Numbered from the stretch's first letter, positions 1 through 12,641 are shown. The stretch is DNA of 32,000 nt from Pseudidiomarina andamanensis (GCF_009734345.1 NZ_CP032551.1:1920001-1952000); one strand, 5' to 3'. Translations and numbers: made by a program. The notes: a model not told the origin generated them from the sequence alone.

Positions 1-371
1 GAGATCAGGTAATCGACCGGAATATCATCTTTGTGGAATAGCTTATCTTTGTAGTCGCTATATTCTTGTGAACGAATACGAGCAATGCGCTTCGGCGTAC
101 GATACAGTGTGTAGGCAATTTGACATGCCAGCATATTGGTTTCGTCACTTGGCGTTACCGCAATCAACATATCAGCGTCTTCACACCCCGCTTGGCGCAG
201 CACGCGCGGATGCGATGCATAACCTTCAATGGTGCGAATATCGTGAAGTTCAGACAGGGCTTCGAGGCGCGATTTATCCGTATCTACAACGGTAATATCG
301 TTGTCTTCGCCTACTAAGTTTTCAGCTAACGTGCCGCCAACCTGACCACCGCCTAAAATCACTATTTTCAT
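1..371 (-). CDS. trkA: Trk potassium uptake protein TrkA, N-terminal part (runs off the window edge)
   Basis: Absent from the ORF track because it is open at the window edge. My reverse-complement translation from the ATG at 369-371 gives [32 protein letters not shown]...[15 protein letters not shown]. This has a Rossmann GxGxxG motif and is collinear with E. coli TrkA. The start forms an ATGA overlap with the rsmB stop. The def-fmt-rsmB-trkA order matches enterics. Confidence 0.9.
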   Translation of the reverse strand, partial: MKIVILGGGQVGGTLAENLVGEDNDITVVDTDKSRLEALSELHDIRTIEGYASHPRVLRQAGCEDADMLIAVTPSDETNMLACQIAYTLYRTPKRIARIRSQEYSDYKDKLFHKDDIPVDYLI

Positions 372-1675
372 TTGCGCTTTTCCAGTTTTGCGTAATAAAA
401 CCCATCACCATTGTGATCACCGGGTAACCATTGCCACTCTACTGCGCCATCGGGTTTCGTTGCAACTGCTATTGCATCGGTATGGCGTTGTTTAAATGCT
501 TCAATTTGAAGTGTATTTTCATCTGCCAGTATAGAACATGTGGCATACAGTAGCGTGCCACCAGGCTTTAACGTTGGCCACAAGGCATCTAGAATCTGTT
601 CTTGAATAGCAACGAGCTCGGCAATATCACTGTCGCGACGTAACCACTTGATATCTGGGTGGCGGCGAATAACACCGGTTGCCGAACATGGCGCGTCGAG
701 CAAAATACGATCAAATAATTGCCCGTTCCACCAGTCGGTGTTGGTGGCATCGGCCTCACGTACGTCGGCTTTCAACTGTAGTCGCTGCAAGTTTTCATGA
801 ACGCGTTTCAAGCGCTGTGCATCGGCGTCAATCGCCAACACTTGCGCTTTAGGCTGCTTTTCCAAAATATGCGCGGTTTTTCCACCCGGTGCAGCACAGC
901 AATCGAGAATACGTTCGCCAGCTTGTGCATCAAGTAACCATGCCGCGTGTTGTGCGGCGATATCTTGTACCGAAACCCAGCCATCTTGAAAATGAGGTAG
1001 TTGTTGCACATCAACAGCATTGACCAGTTGTATGGCGGTTTCTAACGGTGCTTCGGCAACGGCTTCTATATCAGCCTCGCGCAACAGCTCAAGGTATTCT
1101 GCGCGGTTCGTATGTTGACTATTAATACGTAACCACATCGGCGCTTGACCATTATTTGCCGTAAAAATTGCCTCTGCTTGGGCTGGATAATGCTGGGTAA
1201 TTCTATCGGCAAGCCAGCGCGGGTGACCGTGTAACAGCGCGGGTTTTGCATTGAGTTGCAGTTGTAGTTGTGGCAGCTGGCGTTGCAAGTTTCGTAACAC
1301 GCCATTCACCAAGCCTTTTTGCTTACCGCGTTTTAATAACACCGCTGCATCGACCGTAGCTGAAACCGCAGCGTGTTCAGCTGAGCCCATATAAACGAGT
1401 TGATAGGCGCCAACCAACAAGAGACTGTGCAAGATCTTTAGCTCACCTTTGAGGGGCTTGCTAATTAAGGCGCCAACCATAAAGTTTAGCGCTGGTAAAT
1501 GACGTAATGTGCCGTAAGCCAGTGCTTGCGCCATGCCTTTATCACGTGGTGCCAGTTGCCGGTTCAAAGCTGGCAGCGCTTGGCTGAGCGAACGACCTTG
1601 TTCAATAACCTGGAACACTGCTTGGGCAGCTACAGCACGACTGTCGGCTCCGGGGCGCACGTTGGTTTGGCTCAT
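368..1675 (-). CDS. rsmB: 16S rRNA (cytosine967-C5)-methyltransferase RsmB
   Basis: Motifs [33 protein letters not shown] and YATCS, plus an N-terminal NusB-like region. I prefer the start at MSQTNVRPG (ATG 1673-1675), which overlaps the fmt stop. The longer track ORF (to 1714) would run into fmt. Confidence 0.93.
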   Translation of the reverse strand: MSQTNVRPGADSRAVAAQAVFQVIEQGRSLSQALPALNRQLAPRDKGMAQALAYGTLRHLPALNFMVGALISKPLKGELKILHSLLLVGAYQLVYMGSAEHAAVSATVDAAVLLKRGKQKGLVNGVLRNLQRQLPQLQLQLNAKPALLHGHPRWLADRITQHYPAQAEAIFTANNGQAPMWLRINSQHTNRAEYLELLREADIEAVAEAPLETAIQLVNAVDVQQLPHFQDGWVSVQDIAAQHAAWLLDAQAGERILDCCAAPGGKTAHILEKQPKAQVLAIDADAQRLKRVHENLQRLQLKADVREADATNTDWWNGQLFDRILLDAPCSATGVIRRHPDIKWLRRDSDIAELVAIQEQILDALWPTLKPGGTLLYATCSILADENTLQIEAFKQRHTDAIAVATKPDGAVEWQWLPGDHNGDGFYYAKLEKRK

Positions 1676-2634
1676 GACTGTACCTGAGGTAGCGAGGTGT
1701 TTGGTGTAAGCCAATCGCTACGGCCATTAAGGAAGTCTGCGGCAGCCATTGGTTTTTTACCCGCAGGCTGAAGCTCGAGTAAACGGAGTGCTTGATCGGC
1801 AGTTTGAACAACAACGCCGTATTTGTCAGCTTGTAAAATTGTGCCTGGCGCTGCCTTGGTGCCTTCAACAACATCGGCCCGCCATACTTTCACAATCTCC
1901 CCGTTCGCACAGCTAAGCCAACATATAGGCCAAGGATTGAATGCTCGAACCCATCGTTCTAGCGCTTCGGCAGGTTGCTGCCAATCGAGTTGCGCTTCTT
2001 CTTTACTCAGCTTCTTCGCATAGGTTGCATGAGAATCATCTTGGGCAACAGCTGCGCTCTGCAGGTTCTCTAGATTGTGTAGTGCGTCACATAATGCCGT
2101 TGGACCCAGCTCAGCAAGTTTCGTATAAAGCGTCGCTGACGTATCAGTGGGTAAAATAGGTAAGCGGGCCTCGAGTAAAACCGGGCCAGTATCTAGGCCT
2201 GCTTCCATTTGCATGATGGCAACGCCCGTTTCTTCATCGCCAGCCCAGAGCGAACGTTGAATTGGGGCGGCACCGCGCCAACGCGGCAGTAGCGACCCGT
2301 GAACGTTTACGCATCCAAGTCGCGGTGTATCTAACACCACTTGCGGTAACAATAAGCCGTAAGCAACCACCACCATGACATCGGCGTTATAACTTGCCAA
2401 CTGCGCTTGCGCATCAGCTTGCTTGAAGTTCTCCGGTTGCTCTACTGGGAGGTCATGCTGTAACGCGAGCTGTTTGACAGGGCTTGCCTGCAGTTTTTTA
2501 CCACGCCCGGCTGGCCGATCAGGTTGCGTATAAACGGCGACAACGTCAATGTCGACATCCTGAATTAATGCCGCCAAATGCTGCGCAGCAAAATCTGGTG
2601 TACCGGCAAACACCACCTTCAATTTATTCGGCAT
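1672..2634 (-). CDS. fmt: methionyl-tRNA formyltransferase
   Basis: Sequence [12 protein letters not shown]...[16 protein letters not shown] is the formyltransferase signature. The gene lies directly downstream of def. Confidence 0.95.
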   Translation of the reverse strand: MPNKLKVVFAGTPDFAAQHLAALIQDVDIDVVAVYTQPDRPAGRGKKLQASPVKQLALQHDLPVEQPENFKQADAQAQLASYNADVMVVVAYGLLLPQVVLDTPRLGCVNVHGSLLPRWRGAAPIQRSLWAGDEETGVAIMQMEAGLDTGPVLLEARLPILPTDTSATLYTKLAELGPTALCDALHNLENLQSAAVAQDDSHATYAKKLSKEEAQLDWQQPAEALERWVRAFNPWPICWLSCANGEIVKVWRADVVEGTKAAPGTILQADKYGVVVQTADQALRLLELQPAGKKPMAAADFLNGRSDWLTPNTSLPQVQS

Positions 2635-3130
2635 GCAAGCGGGCTTCTTTTTCGAGTTTTTTACGAATGCGATCGCGTTTTAACGGCGACAAGTAGTCGA
2701 CGAACAGCTTACCATTGAGGTGATCGAGTTCGTGTTGGATACAAATGGCAAGTAAACCTTCGGCCGTCAGTGAGAATTCTTCGCCGTTACGGTCAAGTGC
2801 TTTCACGGTCACTTTGCCAGCGCGTTCAACCTTCGCGTACACGCCAGGGAACGATAAGCAGCCTTCTTCGTTGGTGAAATGACCTTCTTGTGCTGTAATC
2901 TCAGGGTTAATAAACACCAGAGGCTCGTTCTGATCTTCACTACAGTCAGCAACGAATAGCTGACGGTGAATATCGACCTGAGTGGCAGCAAGGCCAACGC
3001 CATTGGACTCGTACATGGTTTCAAACATGTTGTCGATGTCCGCTTTTAGAGCGTCGTCAACTTGCTGAATTGGTTGTGCGACGGTGCGTAATCGCTCGTC
3101 TGGATATTTTAAAATTGTTAATTTACTCAT
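2624..3130 (-). CDS. def: peptide deformylase
   Basis: All three metal-site motifs are present: [17 protein letters not shown] and QHELDHLNG. Length is 168 aa. Confidence 0.96.
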   Translation of the reverse strand: MSKLTILKYPDERLRTVAQPIQQVDDALKADIDNMFETMYESNGVGLAATQVDIHRQLFVADCSEDQNEPLVFINPEITAQEGHFTNEEGCLSFPGVYAKVERAGKVTVKALDRNGEEFSLTAEGLLAICIQHELDHLNGKLFVDYLSPLKRDRIRKKLEKEARLHAE

Positions 3131-3211
3131 AACCTTTCATTCGCTAGTTTCATCTTGCGTGATTTTAACGTAATTTGGGGATGAACACACGGTTTTACAA
3201 CGGAGCTCAAG

Positions 3212-4300
3212 ATGACCAAATGGCAATTACCGGCGATTGCGCTAATCGGTTTTCTGTTAGGTATACCACTGCATGTTGCCGTGGCGCAGTCAACTACAGC
3301 AGAACAAACAAAAGGCGACGTGTTGTCGTTACGTGAAGACGCACCGCAAGAATATGTTGTCAAAAAAGGCGATACGCTGTGGGATATTTCTGAGTTGTAT
3401 TTAAACGATCCGTGGTATTGGCCTGAATTATGGCGAATTAATGAAGGTGTCGCGAATCCTCACTTAATCTATCCTGGCGACCGATTGTTGTTGGTTTGGG
3501 TAGATGGTCGTCCGCAATTAACGCGTAAAGAATACCGAGCGTTGCTGCCGCAAGGCGAAGTGAAAGAGAAAGGTGAGCCAATTCCGACGTTTTCGCGTGA
3601 AATGCTAGCGCCATTACTCACTGAACATCGCTTGCTGAGTCGTGCTGCACTAGACACGCTGCCGCAAATATTGGGTGATAACCGCGGTGCGCCTCGGGTG
3701 AACGGTATGTTGCCAGTATTTATAAAAGGTGCCGTGGAGAAAACTACTTATAGTGTGTTTACTCCGGCGGAACGCATCGATCAAGGTGAACTACTGCGTT
3801 ATGTCGGTGATGTGGACATCACATATAATGGTGGCGAAATTGCCGAAGGTGAACTCAGCCGAATTCAACGAGAAATTCGCCGCGGTGACTACCTGTTAGA
3901 AACCAAGCCATTGAATATTCCTGAAGTAATCACACCAGTTTCTGGTGCTGAAATAGATGGTCAAGTGATCGCCTCACTTAATAATCGTAAAGAGCAAGGC
4001 AAATACGATGTGGTGGTGCTAAATAAAGGCGCAAATCAAGGCGTAAAAGTTGGTCAGATGTATCAAGCGATTCGTCCAGGTTCCACCATTTTTGTTGAAG
4101 GCAAAGAAATCAGCTTGGTGAATTATTATAAACCAGCGGATGACTTGTCACGCTTTTGGCGCAATACCGTTCAGTTACCAGCATCGGCAACGGCAGAAAT
4201 GATGGTTCTTGAAGTTCAAGAGGACACGAGTTTTGCCATTGTGTTGCGTTCACGCGAGTGGCTCTCGGTAGGTGATTACTACATTCCAAAGCAGCTCTAA
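3212..4300 (+). CDS. secreted LysM-domain peptidoglycan-binding protein
   Basis: Signal peptide MTKWQLPAIALIGFLLGIPLHVAVAQ. A LysM-like segment YVVKKGDTLWDISELYL...LIYPGDRLLL follows. The gene sits upstream of dprA and divergent from def, as in many Vibrio/Alteromonas-type genomes. Confidence 0.8.
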   Translation: MTKWQLPAIALIGFLLGIPLHVAVAQSTTAEQTKGDVLSLREDAPQEYVVKKGDTLWDISELYLNDPWYWPELWRINEGVANPHLIYPGDRLLLVWVDGRPQLTRKEYRALLPQGEVKEKGEPIPTFSREMLAPLLTEHRLLSRAALDTLPQILGDNRGAPRVNGMLPVFIKGAVEKTTYSVFTPAERIDQGELLRYVGDVDITYNGGEIAEGELSRIQREIRRGDYLLETKPLNIPEVITPVSGAEIDGQVIASLNNRKEQGKYDVVVLNKGANQGVKVGQMYQAIRPGSTIFVEGKEISLVNYYKPADDLSRFWRNTVQLPASATAEMMVLEVQEDTSFAIVLRSREWLSVGDYYIPKQL

Positions 4301-4342
4301 ATAAATAGACGTTCGCTTTCTTAAATAGTGGAGGTTATCAGC

Positions 4343-5389
4343 ATGGATGCTGAAACCGCGACGACGTTGCTGGCGCTTGCCAGCGCGCCAAGCAAACATC
4401 GGAAGTTTTTACGTACACTGAGTTCGTTTGAACAAATTGCAGCTCACGCACGCTGGCCGAATGCCAATCTCGTTCCGGCACGAATTGATAAACTGCAGCG
4501 GTGGGCGGCACAGCCAAACTGTCATGCCATTCATCTGCGCGACTCACTATATCCTGAATCACTAAAGCATATTCACGATCCGCCATTGGTTTTATTTGCG
4601 CATGGCAACCTAAGCTGTTTGGAAGCGACCAATGTTGCAGTAATTGGCAGCCGTAATGCGTCTCCAGTAGGGCAACATACCGCCGACTACTTTGCTCGTG
4701 GCTTAGCGCGTTCGGGAGTCGTCGTCAGTAGTGGCTTAGCGGCTGGAATTGATGGCGCAGCCCATCGTGGTGCGTTAGAAGAGGGGCGTACGCTCGCAGT
4801 ATTGGCTTCCGGCCCCGATATTTATTACCCATCGCGCAATCGTCAATTGCAGCAACAAATCATGCAAGCTGGTTTAGTGGTTAGTGAATTCGCACCGGGT
4901 ACGCCCCCAAAACGCGATCATTTTCCGCGCCGCAACCGTATTCTTAGTGGTTTGTCGCAACTGGTGCTTGTGATAGAAGCGAAGCTTTACAGTGGTACGC
5001 TCATTACGGCTGGCTTAGCGCAAGACCAGCAAAAGACGATTATGGTGGTACCCGGTTCAATCTGGGACGCTGCGTTCACTGGTAGCTTTAAGCTGTTAAC
5101 TGAAGGAGCGGGCATCGCGGTTTGTGTGAACGATATTTTGCGCGAGTTGAATTTACCAGAATTGCCCCCATCTCAATTATCAGAAAAACAGCACCAAATA
5201 AATTCAACGCGAAGCTTGGCAAACCGCCAATTGTTGGCTAATGTGGGATCAGAGGTCACCTCAATAGACACCATTGTGGCGCGCAGTGGACTGCCGGTTG
5301 CGATTGTTACAGAGCAGTTGGTGTTATTAGAACTTGAGGGTAGTGTGGTCTCAGTTTCAGGCGGTTATATAAAAATGGGGAGGCGCTAA
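4343..5389 (+). CDS. dprA: DNA-processing protein DprA (Smf)
   Basis: Motifs [25 protein letters not shown] and [13 protein letters not shown] prefer the ATG at 4343, which has a GGAGG (4330-4334) 8 nt upstream, over the GTG at 4328 used in the track. Confidence 0.9.
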   Translation: MDAETATTLLALASAPSKHRKFLRTLSSFEQIAAHARWPNANLVPARIDKLQRWAAQPNCHAIHLRDSLYPESLKHIHDPPLVLFAHGNLSCLEATNVAVIGSRNASPVGQHTADYFARGLARSGVVVSSGLAAGIDGAAHRGALEEGRTLAVLASGPDIYYPSRNRQLQQQIMQAGLVVSEFAPGTPPKRDHFPRRNRILSGLSQLVLVIEAKLYSGTLITAGLAQDQQKTIMVVPGSIWDAAFTGSFKLLTEGAGIAVCVNDILRELNLPELPPSQLSEKQHQINSTRSLANRQLLANVGSEVTSIDTIVARSGLPVAIVTEQLVLLELEGSVVSVSGGYIKMGRR

Positions 5390-5391
5390 CG

Positions 5392-5865
5392 ATGTTTGAT
5401 ATCCTCATGTACTTGTTCGAGAACTATATACATTCGGACATGGAGGTTGTAGTTAACCACGACGAGCTAACTGACGAACTCACCCGCGCTGGATTCCATC
5501 GCCAAGAGATTCATAAGGCACTCGCTTGGTTAGAACGTTTGGCTGACTTACAAGACAGCCAAGCCGCTCCGTATGTAAATAAGTCTGAGAGCAAAAGTAC
5601 ACGGGTCTTTACGGCCGAAGAAGTTGCACGACTGGATTGTGCCAGCCGTGGTTTTTTAATGTACCTAGAGAGCCTTGGTGTATTGGATTTTACCACTCGT
5701 GAAATGGTTATTGACCGCGTGATGGAACTCGATACCCAACAGTTTACGCTCGATGATTTGAAGTGGGTGGTGCTGATGGTGCTGTTTAATGTGCCAGGAC
5801 GCGAAGACGCCTATGATCAAATGGAAGGCTTACTGTTTGAGGAACCCGAGGGTTTATTGCATTAA
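5392..5865 (+). CDS. smg: Smg protein (DUF494)
   Basis: The N-terminus [15 protein letters not shown]... is typical of Smg. The dprA-smg adjacency is conserved. Confidence 0.88.
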   Translation: MFDILMYLFENYIHSDMEVVVNHDELTDELTRAGFHRQEIHKALAWLERLADLQDSQAAPYVNKSESKSTRVFTAEEVARLDCASRGFLMYLESLGVLDFTTREMVIDRVMELDTQQFTLDDLKWVVLMVLFNVPGREDAYDQMEGLLFEEPEGLLH

Positions 5866-6261
5866 ATGACAGATAACTTCTTGGAACCACAGTCGCTGGG
5901 TGTGCCTTGCCCCCGGTGCCAGCGAGATCTGCAACTCAAAAAGGGCCGCTACGGTCTATTTGTCGGCTGCAGCGGTTATCCTGACTGTGATTACATGACG
6001 TCGGCCGATTTTGATCCCGGCACTGATGCACCGTGCCCTGTCTGCCAAGCCGGCAAGCTAGTTCAGAAAACGAGCCGCTTTGGTAATTCGTTTTACGCTT
6101 GTGACCATTATCCGACATGCAAGTATTCGGTGAACTTGCCGCCGGTTGCTCAAACCTGCCCAACCTGTGAGTTTCCGCTTCTTCTCAAGAAAAAAACAAC
6201 TGCTGGCGAACGGTTGATCTGTGCAAATGATTCCTGTGATTACAAATCTTCGTTAAAATAA
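5866..6261 (+). CDS. yrdD: topoisomerase-type C4 zinc-ribbon DNA-binding protein (YrdD-like)
   Basis: Repeated CxxC...CxxC zinc-ribbon units (CPRCQ, CSGYPDC, CPVCQ, CDHYPTC, CPTCE). The position between smg and tsaC matches E. coli. Confidence 0.8.
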   Translation: MTDNFLEPQSLGVPCPRCQRDLQLKKGRYGLFVGCSGYPDCDYMTSADFDPGTDAPCPVCQAGKLVQKTSRFGNSFYACDHYPTCKYSVNLPPVAQTCPTCEFPLLLKKKTTAGERLICANDSCDYKSSLK

Positions 6262-6314
6262 CGCAACTTTCGGCAATTATCCGGCATTTTTAGGCATTTG
6301 AAGAGATCATCTAC

Positions 6315-8212
<1,898 letters not shown>

Positions 8213-8214
<2 letters not shown>

Positions 8215-9037
8215 GGCGATATTTACTGTTTTTGGGAATCCGGTTGCACATAGTCTATCTCCCCAAATACACCAAGCTTTTGCTCAGCAAGTTGGGGTAG
8301 AACTCAATTACACGCGCAGTTTAACATCAGTACTTAGGTTTCGCCGAGCGGTAGCTGAGTTTTTTCGCTCCGGTGGTGCCGGTGCGAATGTTACGGTGCC
8401 GTTTAAGCAACAAGCGTTTGACCTTGTCACCTATGTCACAACGCGTGCTCAGCAAGCTGGCGCCGTGAATACACTGGTGCCGCTTGGTTACGGCCAGCTG
8501 TTGGGCGACAATACCGATGGCATTGGTCTTGTGCGTGATTTACAGAAGAATTTGCAGCAAAAATTGACCAACCGTGATGTTGTTATCTTGGGAGCAGGTG
8601 GGGCTGCGCGCGGGGTCATTGCGCCGTTACTTGAGCAAGGCGTTGCTAGCTTAACCATTGCGAACCGAACCATCGAAAAGGCAAATCTATTGGTTGAAAA
8701 GTTTGGGCAACCAACGCTTCAAGCCTGTCGCTTTGAACAACTAACGATTCCAACCGACGCACTTGTTATTAACGCAACCAGTGCGAGTTTAACGGGCCAA
8801 AAGCTTCCGCTAGAAAGCGATGAGTTAGCGCATGCCGCATGTGCCTACGACATGATGTATGGTGCGCAGCCAACGGCGTTTATGCAACAAGCGAGACAAG
8901 CTGGAGTTGCGGTAGTGCAAGATGGTTTAGGTATGTTGGTTGAGCAAGCAGGTGCGGCCTTTCAGTTGTGGCATGAGGGCGCTGAGTTAGATACTCAAAA
9001 AGTGATTCAGAAGTTACGCAAAACAATAGTTGGGTAA
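8213..9037 (+). CDS. aroE: shikimate dehydrogenase (NADP+)
   Basis: Motifs FTVFGNPVAHSLSPQIH, NVTVPFK, NTDGIG and ILGAGGAARG. The start is set at MAIFTVFGNP (ATG 8213) by alignment to the AroE N-terminus. The track start at 8180 adds 11 non-homologous residues. Confidence 0.92.
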
Positions 9038-9040
9038 GGT

Positions 9041-9319
9041 TTAATCACGCAAAACAATATCAGGACTGAGGTCGACATCGCCCTCATGATTGACACAGGC
9101 AAACTCACTACCACGACGTACAACCGCCAGCGGACCGTCTTCAGTATTACGAATAAAAGCCAAATCAAAGCCAAATTTCTGTAGCTGATAAACCCCAAAT
9201 TTTTGGTCCATTGACAATCGATCCCACCACTCTGATTGGTTCAGAGCAATACGGCGCCGCTCAAACTCTTCGAGTTGGCGTAGCTCATCTTTTGTCAACT
9301 TCATCGATTCTGTTTCCAT
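9041..9319 (-). CDS. small conserved hypothetical protein (about 87-95 aa), function unknown
   Basis: The ORF has protein-like composition, with a charged helical N-terminus followed by FGVYQLQKFGFDLAFIRN...VVRRGSEF. I recognise no family. The start is ambiguous: GTG 9328, ATG 9319 or ATG 9304. Confidence 0.5.
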   Translation of the reverse strand: METESMKLTKDELRQLEEFERRRIALNQSEWWDRLSMDQKFGVYQLQKFGFDLAFIRNTEDGPLAVVRRGSEFACVNHEGDVDLSPDIVLRD

Positions 9320-9600
9320 TAGGGCCACGTTTGGTTAAGTATTAAACAGTCACTTGCATCATATACATTGTACTCATTCAACACTAGTTCAGATTGCTTT
9401 TGCAAGAACTATGACAAGCAGTATATAGAAAAAGTAAGACAATGTTGATTCCTTTTGCGCATATGGGTTTTTGATAACGCGCAAAAATTGTTCTAAGAAA
9501 ATTGCATTTGGCACTGGCAATCGCCGATTAATGTGATAGTCTTCTATTTCAATTCAACGAGAATTGACAGAGCACGCAGTTACCTTCCAAGTATGTGCTA

Positions 9601-9680
9601 AAAATCAGTTTCCACAACTGAATCAAAATAAGAATAAAACGCAGTCAGGGATTCAGAAGTACTTCGAACCCCTTGTTTTT
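9601..9680 (+). ncRNA. candidate small RNA defined by an orphan intrinsic terminator
   Basis: A perfect -35 TTGACA lies at 9564-9569, but the -10 is weak (AAGTAT, 9589-9594). A 5' hairpin TCAGTT/AACTGA spans 9605-9621, followed by an A-rich linker. The terminator hairpin GGGATTC(A)GAAG-TA-CTTCGAACCCC spans 9648-9672 and is followed by TTGTTTTT. No ORF ends here. Confidence 0.3.
9648..9680 (+). terminator. rho-independent terminator inside the aroE/polA intergenic region
   Basis: An 11-bp stem with one A-C mismatch and one bulge, followed by a T-rich tail. It is oriented on the + strand only; the minus-strand side has no T-run. Confidence 0.55.
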
Positions 9681-9754
9681 CAAGACGTTTGTAAATATTA
9701 AGTCACCAGAGATCTCTGATCTTTCACTGGTGCGATTTATCGTTTTCAACAGAC

Positions 9755-9763
9755 TTATCCACA
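9755..9763 (+). promoter_or_regulatory. consensus DnaA box TTATCCACA overlapping the -35 position of a putative polA promoter
   Basis: An exact 9/9 match to TTATCCACA. A good -10 (TATACT, 9777-9782) lies 16 nt after TTATCC. A second, weaker box (GTTTCCACA, 9608-9616) is in the same orientation. Confidence 0.6.
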
Positions 9764-9862
9764 ACCTTTGCACAGTATACTAATCTCCTCAAGTGGCGAA
9801 TAATTCGAAGCTGTGGCATGCTACACGGCAACTCCTAGCAGCAAATTTTTGAGATTGCATCC

Positions 9863-12641
9863 ATGGCATCAGCAACACCATCAGTACCCGAAAATCCATT
9901 CATTCTTGTTGACGGTTCGTCCTATTTATTTCGGGCGTTTTATGCGCCACCACATTTAACCAATTCTGCTGGCGAGCCGACGGGCGCCATCTATGGCGTG
10001 GTGAACATGTTGCGAAGCTTACTGAAAAAGTATAAGCCATCGCACATGGCGGTGGTGTTCGATGCGAAAGGGACAACATTTCGTAATGAAATATACGCAG
10101 AATACAAAGCACATCGTCCGCCAATGCCAGACGATTTACGCCAGCAAATTGAGCCATTGCACAAGATAGTCAAAGCACTCGGTTTACCACTGCTGTGTAT
10201 CGATGACGTTGAAGCTGATGATGTGATTGGCACATTGGCAGAGCAGGCGAGCAAAGAAGGTCGTTTCACCTTAATTAGTACGGGTGATAAAGACATGGCG
10301 CAATTGGTAAACGACCATGTCATGCTGATAAATACCATGACGGATACGCTACTGGATTACGACGGTGTTGTAGCAAAATATGGCGTGAAGCCAGAACAAA
10401 TGATTGACCTTCTGTCATTGATGGGCGACAGCTCGGACAATATTCCGGGTTTGCCAAAGGTTGGGGAGAAAACCGCGTTGGCAATGTTACAAGGCATGGA
10501 ATCAATCGATGCTATGCTGGCAGACCCTGATGCCATTACGAAACTTGATTTTCGTGGCGCCAAAACCATGCCTGACAAACTTCGTGAGAACCAAGATATT
10601 CTATTGATGTCACGTGAACTGGCCACCATTAAGCTTGATGTGCCGCTTGAGTTTCGACCTGACCAGCTGACCATAGAGCCAGCAAATCGTGATGAGCTTA
10701 TCGAACTCTATAAAAAATGTGAGTTTCGCCGTTGGTTAGCGGAAGTATTAGAAGAAGGTGCTTCGACTGATCAGGCGTTAGGGCAATCGACTCCGTCAGT
10801 AAGCGCTAATGAAACTCCGGTAAGCCATGATGATTATGAAACAATCACCACAAAAGAGCGCTTCGCACATTGGTTGAGCCAATTAGAACAAGCTGACTAC
10901 TTTGCTTTTGATACTGAAACAACCAGCTTGAATTATATGGAGGCTGAGCTTGTAGGCCTCTCATTCGCCATCAAGCCAGGACAAGCCTGCTATATTCCCG
11001 TGGCACATGACTATCCGGGTGCACCAGATCAGCTCGACCGCGCTTGGGTACTCGAGCAATTGAAGCCACTACTTGAATCGGAGCAACCGAAGTTAATTGG
11101 GCAAAACTTGAAGTATGACAGCCATATTTTGCGCCGCTACAACATCCGTGTGGGTGCCATTCATAACGACACGATGTTGGCATCTTATGTCTTTAACAGC
11201 GTCGGTTTCGCGTCATGACATGGACACGTTAAGTTTGCAATATTTGGGGCATAAAGCGATTTCTTTCGAAGAAATTGCTGGTAAAGGCGCCAAACAACTT
11301 ACATTTAATCAGATTGGATTAGAGCAAGCTGCTCCGTATGCTGCTGAAGATGCGGACGTAACGCTTCAGTTGCATCACAAGTTGTGGCACGAAGTAAGCC
11401 AGGTAAAAGAGCTTCTGAACGTTTTGCAAACCATCGAATTGCCGTTGTTGCCGGTTCTTGTGGACATGGAGCAACGTGGTGTGCAAATTGATGCGCCGTT
11501 GCTGGCGAAGCAAAGCCACGAAATAGCCATGGAGCTTCAGCAACTTGAAAAAGCAGCTTACGACATTGCCGGAGAAGAATTTAATTTGAGTTCAACGAAG
11601 CAATTGCAGGCAATCTTGTTCGAAAAATTGCAGTTGCCGGTACTTAAAAAGACTCCAAAAGGCGCGCCATCAACCGCCGAAGAAGTGTTGCAGGAATTGG
11701 CTCTAGATTACCCTTTACCAGATGTGATTATGCGTCACCGCGGCTTGAGCAAGTTGAAATCGACTTACACGGACAAGTTGCCAAAAATGGTGAATCCGCG
11801 CACGCATCGCATTCATACCTCGTATCATCAAGCGGTGACGGCAACCGGACGCTTATCGTCGAGCGACCCAAACTTACAAAATATTCCGATTCGTACCGAA
11901 GCAGGTCGTCGCGTTCGTAAAGCGTTCACAGCACCAGCTGGCTACAAAATTATGGCCATTGACTATAGTCAAATTGAGCTACGAATTATGGCGCATTTGT
12001 CGCAAGATCCTGCGTTGGTCGAAGCTTTTTCAAAAGGTCGAGACATTCACAAAGCGACCGCATCGGAGGTGTTCGGTGTCGCTCTCGAGCAAGTCACAAG
12101 CGAACAGCGTCGTCGAGCGAAAGCCGTTAACTTCGGATTGATTTACGGTATGTCAGCTTTCGGTTTGGCGCGTCAACTCGATATTCCACGTCAAGAGGCA
12201 CAAGACTACATGGATAAGTACTTCGATCGCTTCCCCGGCGTATTAAAGTATATGGAAGACACGCGCGCTCAAGCGAAACGGGACGGTTACGTTGAAACAA
12301 TCTATGGGCGTCGTTTACAACTTCCTGAAATTAAGTCGCAAAATGGCATGCGTCGCAAAGCTGCCGAGCGGGCAGCTATCAACGCACCAATGCAAGGCAC
12401 TGCAGCCGATATTATTAAGCGCGCAATGATTGCCGTGGCTGACTATATAAACACCCAGGTACCGAAAGAAGATTTGCACATGATCATGCAAGTGCATGAT
12501 GAATTAGTATTTGAAGTGCGTGAGGATGAAATTTTTGAGTATCAGAAGAAGCTCGTAGAAATCATGGAGCAAGCTGCGGAACTTAAGGTTCCGCTTATTG
12601 CCGAAGCGGGTGTTGGGAATAACTGGGACGAGGCACATTAA
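9863..12641 (+). pseudogene. polA: DNA polymerase I, reading frame interrupted by a 1-nt frameshift
   Basis: The two track ORFs (9863-11218 and 11115-12641) are together collinear with E. coli PolA. Homology switches frame at ...YVFNSVG | SRHDMDTL... . Removing one T from the T-run at 11206-11208 restores NSVGSRHDMD. Polymerase motifs [12 protein letters not shown] and QVHDELVFE are intact in the downstream frame. Confidence 0.9.

Noticed and set aside
9329-9862. Possible replication origin, suggested by a perfect DnaA box, a second near-box, two GATC sites and a GATCTCTGATCTT 13-mer-like string.
   Set aside because: There are only two boxes about 150 bp apart. There is no cluster of AT-rich 13-mer repeats, and only two GATC sites against the dense clusters seen in oriC. 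The location next to polA, rather than the gidA/mioC/dnaA region, also argues against it. A promoter-associated DnaA box is the simpler reading.
9991-10674. Several 60-115-aa ORFs antisense to polA. Similar antisense ORFs lie inside rsmB, fmt, the amidohydrolase (16846-17244), purE (23315-23617) and the PEP gene.
   Set aside because: All lie wholly within well-supported genes on the opposite strand or in another frame. Their composition is biased (Ser/Arg/Cys-rich). These are typical shadow ORFs.
9863-12641. The two polA ORFs read as a natural two-gene arrangement, with a separate 5'-nuclease and a Klenow-like polymerase.
   Set aside because: The break lies between the Exo II and Exo III motifs of a single domain. 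Homology continues without loss across the frame change, and one T in a homopolymer accounts for it. This is a frameshift or sequencing error, not a domain-boundary split.
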